From NCBI RefSeq assembly GCF_009914755.1, contig NC_060931.1: a stretch of DNA of 64,000 nucleotides; one strand, 5' to 3'. Source of the stretch: the human T2T-CHM13v2.0 reference genome, Homo sapiens. The notes below the pieces were generated by a model, which saw only the letters and a program-made list of their open reading frames with translations, was not told where the DNA came from and made no database searches. Below, piece by piece: positions 1-64,000 of this stretch; the stretch's first letter is position 1, and each line of letters begins with the position of its first letter. The position numbers were made by a program, and so were the translations under genes.

Positions 1-123
1 GTTTTAAATGCATTATGTCTTTGGATTTAGCAAGGAATTCACCTTTGCAGGCCCACTTACATACAACATTATAAATATACCAGGTGATTCATTGTACTAT
101 TCACAGTAAAAGACTGAAAGAAA

Positions 124-673
<550 letters not shown>

Positions 674-3051
674 TTACACAAGAAACCTCTGAGGTTTCTG
701 GAGATGTAAACTGGGGGCATGAAGGCAGGGGAAAGGGAGAGACTTCACTGTTTACCTTTTAATTATTTTCCAATTTTAAATCATTTGAATGTATAACTTG
801 TCTAAAAATCAAATTTTAAAAGTTGAGGGAATTAACATTACAGAAAGTAACAAACCTCAAGGAAGCAGCCACCTTCACCAGATGGATAGTCTACCTCACT
901 CTTCCCACTCTCCAGTAGTTACTGAATGCCAGTCCCCTCCCTCCATTCAGTCTGCCCCACCTGCTGGCCTTCTAGAGCCTCAGTGCAGTCCTATTCCCAC
1001 ACCTCCCAACACATCCATACACTGTGATGGTCGATCTGGGACCACCAGTTGAGAGGAAATGTGTTGTGTTTCCACTCTTGAGACAAACAGAGTGTTATTT
1101 TATTGAGGTATGGGATTTTTTTCTTGCATTAACAGGGTTTCTAGATCCCAGGAGGTGAATGAGAAAGAAGTATGCTTTTATTGCATAAGGAATTTGTTTC
1201 TGATACACCAAAGTGATGATGTATGACTTTTCTTAAGGAAGCGGTTATTAGAAGAGTTAAAAATAAATAGAAACAAAAAGTCATAGGTATTGTTCCAATA
1301 CTCCAGGAACATCACAGTTTGGATTCTGTAGATGTGTGTAATATAATGTGTAATATTACATTCTGACAACCTCAAGTTGAAAACTGCACAGCTGAAGATC
1401 ACTTATAGTCAATAATACTTTTCAAACTTTAATTTTAAATTCATCAAGTCTCTCCCTAATGTATTGTACTTTTTAATAAAGGAAACTGTCAGATATGCTA
1501 TAATACAGAGGAAAACGTTTATATACTCTTTCATTATAATTTTTCCACAACTTCCAAAATGAAGAAAAAGACATGGAAACATTAAGCTCATAGAATAATT
1601 GTGGCAGACAATTCCCTCATCCTAAAAGTTCAATTACCCCAACACAGGCATAATTTCTTACTAACTCAAAAGGAACTGAATTCACATATAAAGACAAGCA
1701 TGGGATTCTGTTGAGTTCTGTTGGACACAAGACACAATTGCTCAAGCACTGGTTGAGCACTTGTATTCTAATAGCTCACGGTTACTGAGCACTCCATGTG
1801 TGGGAAGAGCCAGTGCTGGGTGCCTGGCATGCATCCTTGCACCTCATCAGCACAACTATCCTATGGGCTCATCCTGGTTCACCTATTTTATAAATGAGAA
1901 CACTAGCATCAAAGAAGTTAAAAAATTTGCCTAAAAACACCCAGAGTAGGTTTCATCATTGCCCACTACTTTATAATGTTTTCCCAAGGGTACTGAGACA
2001 TTATCAAAACACGTTAGTGAAACAGTCTAAAACATCACAAATTTTAGGTTTAATACAAAATACCCAGAAAAGGGCAGTGTTATTAGAAATCTCAGCATAA
2101 TGTAATAATAAGAACTTACGATGATTGTATTCTTTCCCTATTTTTTCTCCTGTACAGGCATATGAAATACCATAAAACTTATTTTAGGGGTGTGTGTGTA
2201 CATGTAGTTTCAGGATAATATAGTAATCTAAAACATTTTTAATATGGCAAAGTGTGGCAATACTGAATTTTTAAAAGGGATTTTTATTTAGCAAACAGAA
2301 AGCAAAAATGTTGTCCAAGTAACATGCACTTATTTTATCCCTAGGAATGTACCTTTCCTTCTGCAAAGGATGTGAGATCCTGGCACGTAAATGAACATGA
2401 GGGACTAGTCATGAAAATGCTGTATATTCAATTCCTTAAATTCTAAAATTGTCTTAGCATTTAACATCCAACACACTAAACAATCTTTTTTCATATTCAA
2501 TAAAAATAAGGACAAATTCAGTAAATTCAGATGGGCTATTTTATCACGTAAATTTTAAAAAAGCAAGGGTAATTTTTCAACTGATTTTCTTTTACCCTGA
2601 TACGAGTCAATGAGAAAATATGAAATTGAAACATATCACCATTTCTCAGTTTACAAGTGGTAGTCACAAGGAAAACCTTCCAAGGTCTTTTGTGTTGTTT
2701 TTAAAAGGTATTATAATCTCATAATTTGGGAAACAATGTGTACTATTATCAAGAAACCTTTCATATTTTGTGAAATGGAGCACTTCCCAAATTTAAGAGA
2801 CTATGGAAACCTTTTTCAGACATTTTTTAACATCCTCAGAAATGGAAATTCTTGTTAAAGCTGATCTGATCAATTCCTCCTAAGTATATGGACTACTTCT
2901 TTGCAAACTCCAACTGCCCAAATCAAATTACCTGTTCAATTGTATCTGAAAATCAGTTACATACAAGCATCAGAAAGTGTTTCTCCCAGTAACATAGACC
3001 CAAAACACACTACAAAACAAAAATTATCAAGAACATACAAAAGACATATCT

Positions 3052-3361
3052 TTTCATTTATTTATTTATTTTTTGAGATGGAGTCTCACTCTGTCACCAG
3101 GCTGGAGTGCAGTGGCTCGATCTTGGCTCACTGCAACCTCTGCCTCCTGGGTTCAAGCAATCCTCTGCCTCTGCCTCCCGAGTAGCTGGGATTACAGGTG
3201 CCTGCCACCACACCCAGCTAATTTTTGTATTTTTAGTAGAGATGAGGTTTTACCATGTTGGCCAGGATGGTCTTGATCGCCTGACCTCAGGTGATCCACC
3301 CGCCTTGGCCTCCCAAAATGCTGGGATTACAGATTATAGGCATGAGCCACCGAGCCCGGCC
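3052..3361 (-). mobile_element. AluS
   Basis: antisense Alu; TSD gacatatcttttca / gacataccttttca. Confidence 0.93.
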
Positions 3362-3469
3362 ACAAATGACATACCTTTTCAAAGCCACAATTACCTCTCA
3401 CCTGGACCATTGTTTCTCACTGATCTACCTGTCATAACTCTTGCACCTAATCATCTATTTATATCATAG

Positions 3470-4345
<876 letters not shown>

Positions 4346-4355
4346 TTGTCTCAAA

Positions 4356-4490
4356 GCCAGCTGCAGTGGCGCATGCCTATAGTACCTGCTACTTGAGAGG
4401 CTGAGGCAGAAGGATCACTTGAGCCCAGGAGTTGGAAACCAGCCTGGGCAACGTAACAAGACACTGCCCCTTAAAAAAAAAAAACAAAAA
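4356..4490 (+). mobile_element. Alu monomer (FLAM-like)
   Basis: single arm with A tail. Confidence 0.8.
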
Positions 4491-4654
4491 ACTATGAAAT
4501 AAAATATAATCAAACAAATAATTATCACTTCATTTCTGAATCAGTTGAAAATAAATAACCGCCCCAAAAATGAGCAAACCAACAGTAATCCTCTTTAACT
4601 CATATTGGATTTTGGGTTACTATTAAAATATTTTGCTATCTCAAGAACTCAGCA

Positions 4655-4914
4655 GGCTGAGCAGAGCAGATGGTTTGAGCCCAGGAGTTCCAGACCAGTC
4701 TGGGCAACATGGCAAAACCCCATCTCTACAAAAAAATACAAAAATTAGCCAGGCGTGGTGGCCCGCATCCATGGTCCCAGCTACTCAGGAGGCTGAGGTA
4801 GGAGGGTCGCATGAACCCAGGAGGCAGAGGTTGTAGTAAGCCAAGATCGTGTCACTGCACTCTAACCTGGGCAACAGAGCAAGACCCTGTCTCCCAACTG
4901 AAAAAAAAAAAAAG
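4655..4914 (+). mobile_element. AluJ-like, 5' truncated
   Basis: Alu body with poly(A). Confidence 0.88.
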
Positions 4915-5413
4915 AATTCAGCTAGAAAAACCTTATATTTACTTTGATCAAGAAAATGTTTATAAACCAATACTTTATGATGCACACTGGTGAATATGAA
5001 GTTATACCTGAAGTAACATTAAATGACAGCTTTTCCATTTCTAGAATGTATGCATCAACTACCTTAACTGAAACATGGTATTATCCAAGCTCACAGTATC
5101 TGAGAAGGTTTGTGTCGTTATCTAGCAAACTAAAGTCAAGCCCTCTGTAGTTCCCCACCTGTGATCTTCAAAGATATGGTGCTCCTTGAGATTTCTGTAA
5201 GGTAGGTCTGTTCTAAAATGTGTGAAAGGAAGAGAACCTGAAAAGGCAAGGTCTAAGAAGATCACTCATTTGGAAATGGCAAGGGTCAGTCACATCAGGG
5301 GTTAACTAAGTCAGTGTGATTTACCCTTTGGTAAATCATACACATATTTCAAAAGTTACTTTATATGCTTTAATTCTTGCACACATATTTCATGGAAAAT
5401 AAATTAGTATTAC

Positions 5414-58757
<53,344 letters not shown>

Positions 58758-60152
58758 CTGAAAGGGGTAAAGGAGAGAAATCTCTTTATAAAACCTTGAA
58801 AAGGAATATTCAAATATAAGCTGGGAAGGTATAAAAAACTCTCTGTATATCACAAGTAAAACAAATTGAACCTGCAAAATATTAAACAAAGGATTCGTTA
58901 AAAATAATAAAATCTACATTACTCAATTTAGCGCTTCGTGTGCTACCAACTCATCCTTCCATTCAAATTAGAAAGTTAGAATTTCATTCCTTATATTTTC
59001 AAAAATAAATTTTGAAGCATTTTTGAAACAAAACCTAAAGATTTTTTTTTAAAGCAAATAGTAATATGGTTAAAAGGGCAGGTTTCTATATTGAGGATTA
59101 TTATAAAGTTTTTAAATCCCACCAAAACTAGTAATAGGAACATATATTTTATTTATGAGACATATTACTATTTTTTACCCTGCCTAAAAATAAATACAAA
59201 ATAAACTCATCAATTGTAAGTTAACAGGGACACAAATGGTTAAAGACTCACAGAAAAAAACACAAAACTACATACTTCAATGTAGCAATCAACTTCAAAT
59301 TTCTTAACAAAAGATGGAAATGTGGGCGAAAAAAAATTAGTCATCTGGTATCTTTCCCATTTCAACCTGCCTCCATTATCTTGCAAGTGGTAAAACGCAC
59401 AGAAATAAGCCCCAAACAAGAGGGGCAGTCTAGGGCAAGTGAACACATAAGAAGTCAGAAGAAATTATGTAAAATGTTGCATTTACTTATTCAGTTTTCC
59501 CTTAGAATGATTCACAAACTCTTCCTCATTCTCCCAAGTCCACTTTGAGCATCATTTTCTTTGAAGAGAGTTTGATGGGCCCTGTACTATACAGTATGAC
59601 ATCTCTCTGTGGGAAATGACTATCTAACATAAATTTTTGTTTACACCATTACATGGTACTTACTTGCTTATGCCATTACATGATCAGTTTATCTTTTCCT
59701 CATCCTAGTCCAAGATCCTTCAATTGAGGCACCATACTATCTTTGTATCCAAAGCACCAAAAATGCTGCTTGAAACAGGCCCTAATAGAAAGGTGTTCCT
59801 ATACATATACCAAAAAGACTTAACTTTTGGTGATCTTTTTTGTGAGTGTGGCTCATAAACAGCTTAGCTGAGATAACTGGAGCCTCATGTAACACAGACA
59901 GTTGGACCCTGCTAACATTACTGTGGATATCTTCACATGTTACTACACTGACTTTATATTCTGCTAATTAACCAGGGACTACAGTAGTTAAAATTATAAT
60001 TGTTTTCAATGTTTTATGTGTAAATCTGTATATCACATACTATCAAACTCTTCCTCACTGTCATCAGTCTACTGCACTGAATCAACATAACAAAGCTAAG
60101 TGACTCCTGAGGGCTGAATCAGAAAGAAGAAAAGAAAGAGATACAAAAATTT

Positions 60153-60346
60153 GGCTGGGCCGGGTGGCTCACACCTGTAATCCCGGCACTTTGGAAGGCC
60201 AAGGCGGGTGGATCACGAGGTCAGGAGATCGAGACCATCCTGGCTAACACAGTGAAACTCCATCTCTACTAAAAATACAAAAAATTAGCCAGACGTGGTG
60301 GCGGGCGCCTGTAGTCCCAGCTACTTGGGAGGCTGAAGCAGGAGAA
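60153..60346 (+). mobile_element. AluY-like, 3' truncated
   Basis: stops at ggctgaagcaggagaa with no tail. Confidence 0.9.
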
Positions 60347-61360
60347 GCTTCTAAATAACTCATAAACAGTAATTACTGTTGTGACACTTTAATTTTATAT
60401 AATATTATAAGTATACAGAATAACATTTCAGTGCTATTTTGGCACTCAAGGGTATTAATGCATTAGAAACACAGAAAATAAATATTTTTCTTCATTGATA
60501 AAGTGTAATAACCAGCTTTTACAAAACAGGTAATTTTTTATAACTCCCAAGGTATCTAAATATGTTTAGTGCATTAACAGAACCCAGAATTAACTACAAA
60601 TACAACACCTCGGTAGTCTAAATGTCTGAATAGAAAGACCACGTAAATGTCGAAAGGAAAAGTACAATCAATCTGTTGAAAAATGTTTATAACAACTCAT
60701 TAACATAACTAATTTCTGCTAAATTGTTAAAATCTAAAATCGCTTATTTTGATACCATATGGCAAGTTTTGCAGAAGCCTTTTACACTAAAAATAATCTT
60801 GGCAGATAAAATATAATGAGAGGTAAGTATATAATAACAGAAAGTAATTTAAATTGACCAGCTTCTCAATGTCTTTCTCATTTTAGAAACACCAATATGT
60901 TCTCTTAATCATATCTGCAATGAAAAATATTATATTAGCTAAACTACTATGAGAAGTACTGGAATATATCTAACATACTAATTTACAATATCATATAAAG
61001 ATATCAGTGAATAAAAGAAGGAAAATAAAACACTACATTTAGGAGAACGCTTCAAACCCATCTGTTACAATTAAATAGCTAATGAAGAGCACTCGGCATT
61101 AAAAGAAAATGTTTACTATATATACACAGTCTGGAATGTATCTTCCTAAACCAAGTAAAAAGTACTTGTAAAATCGTAGACAATATCAAAGAATGGATTT
61201 CCACAGGGAACTTCTCAAATGTCAACACTCTTATACACTACACATAAAAGAAATCAAGCAAGTTAAAATATTAATAATACAATAAGTAATATATAATACA
61301 TAAGTAACAATTACGAAGCTAATTAACATTTGGGGAGGAGGGATAAAGTAAACAGCTCTT

Positions 61361-61662
<302 letters not shown>

Positions 61663-62899
61663 GGCCCTTAAATGGTGTATCAACTAAATGGTTTATTTGA
61701 ATCAATAATGAAAATTCCTAGACAGCATTTTTTCTTTTTACTTTTATTCATCATTAAAAAGACAGGGAGTAAGAAAAGGAAAAAAGTAACATGTTATAAT
61801 AATATTTTCCCATATTAATCCAAGAACACAATAACAACAACAACAAAAACTCAGTGAGAACTCGTATTACCAATTTTAAGAATGAGTCTGAGGAATTTTC
61901 AAGACTTTTATTTAATAGTTTGAAATAATCTGTCAAAATGTATCCATAAAACAAAACAGAATGAACAAAATTTGAGATTAAAGTTGTATCATAAAAAAAT
62001 ACCAAGAAGTTAAATATTCCACAGTTCATTTAATTAATTATCCAGTATTTATTCTGTACCAACTATAGCAATGGTTTTAGGCTACGTGCTCTAATAAATA
62101 AGTATTATAAGGCTCCCCATGCTCCAAATTTGTTTTTAATCTTCACCAGTCTTTTTTTAGTATTAGGCAACTAGGATTCTCCCAGGATGCAGTAATAAAG
62201 AACAAAGATGGAAAGTAAGAGAAAGAGGTAGAATGACATGAAAATCTGATCCAGAAGGTGCAATGTCTGTTTTATATGAGTACCAGAATGGGAGAAAATG
62301 GGAGGGATTATAATCACCAAAATTCTAAAGGAAAAGTTATGTAAATATCTAATAATAAAAGCTAACATTTAATTAAGCATAATCCTCATTCAACAGATGA
62401 GGAACCTAAAACCGAAAGAGTCATTATCACTGTTCCACTTATTTCTATATCCTTACAAAAATACCCACTCTTGATCTGTAACAATGTCTCCTTAAACTCC
62501 CTGAATGGCAGCTTCAGGTAAAAACTTCCCAGAAACTTTGAAATAACAAGGATAAAAGGAAAATTCTTGGAGCCACATAAAAAAGAAAACAGATCATTAC
62601 AAAAAAAGAAGAATCGGGCATCAGTTCTCATTATCAATACTGAATTAAAAAGAAACCCAAAAAAAATCATTATTTTTCTAGGCCTATAAAAAATTATTTA
62701 AAACCAAAATTTTAATGTCTGTTAAGCTAACATTCAAGTCCATGGATAACAAATGTAAATAGGTTAAATTCTCTAGTAAAAGATAGCAACTTTCAAAACA
62801 TGCAAAATATACTACATAACACATATACATATTTTACATATTACTACAGACTTCATTTATGTATGTGTGTGTGTGTACACATATATAATATGAAATAAA

Positions 62900-63507
<608 letters not shown>

Positions 63508-64000
63508 TGACATACACAATTCAAAAACAGACTTGAGGGGAAAAAACACAAACGCTAACCAAAAAATGCAGGTATAGCAATAATTGCAAAGAAATAGAAT
63601 TTAAACTAAAAAGCAGTGAACAAGTCAAAGATAATATTTCATAATAACCTAAGTTTTATGTTACAGTGTAAATTCCAAAAGAAGCCATAGTCATTAAAGT
63701 TTATACACCTAATAAATATATGTCACATATAAAAAGTAAAGCTGAGTAGAAATAACATGCATAGATTAGACTTTAACATAGCTCTCAAATCAGGATATTA
63801 AGTAGATATGAAATAAATAATAACAATGATCGGGTTTGATTCAAACAGACACATAAAATACACACAGATCTCTGTATTCCAAAAATAGAGAAAACATTCT
63901 ATTCAAATATACATAGAATTTTCAAAAAAAAATCCACATGTATGGTCGTAAAGAAATGTCCACATATTTTAAAAAGCAGGTATTTCCTAGGTTATATTCA

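Overview
AT-rich, Alu/L1/L2-laden primate (very probably human) genomic DNA from inside KMT2C (MLL3, H3K4 methyltransferase), transcribed on the minus strand. I located 17 consecutive coding exons with GT-AG boundaries. They correspond to KMT2C exons 7-23 by recalled numbering, total 2863 nt and splice into one open frame from RCAFCKHLG to GEMDDSR. That frame covers the end of the extended PHD1, the first triple-PHD cassette, an acidic/Ser-rich linker with AT-hook-like and RGG-like motifs, and the second triple-PHD cassette. The introns hold about 34 Alu pieces, L1/L2/MIR fragments, hAT and mariner MITEs, an MST LTR and microsatellites. Most ORFs in the supplied track are Alu or repeat noise. 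I could not demonstrate a new biological system. The best leads are: (i) the +1 frame of exons 7-8 spells the C-terminus of the BAGE cancer/testis antigens; (ii) the two PHD cassettes share intron positions; (iii) a frame-preserving 93-nt candidate cassette exon lies just before exon 16, plus candidate poison exons; (iv) an unexplained GC-rich island of about 650 bp interrupts an old L1. Repeat boundaries and subfamilies are by eye and approximate.
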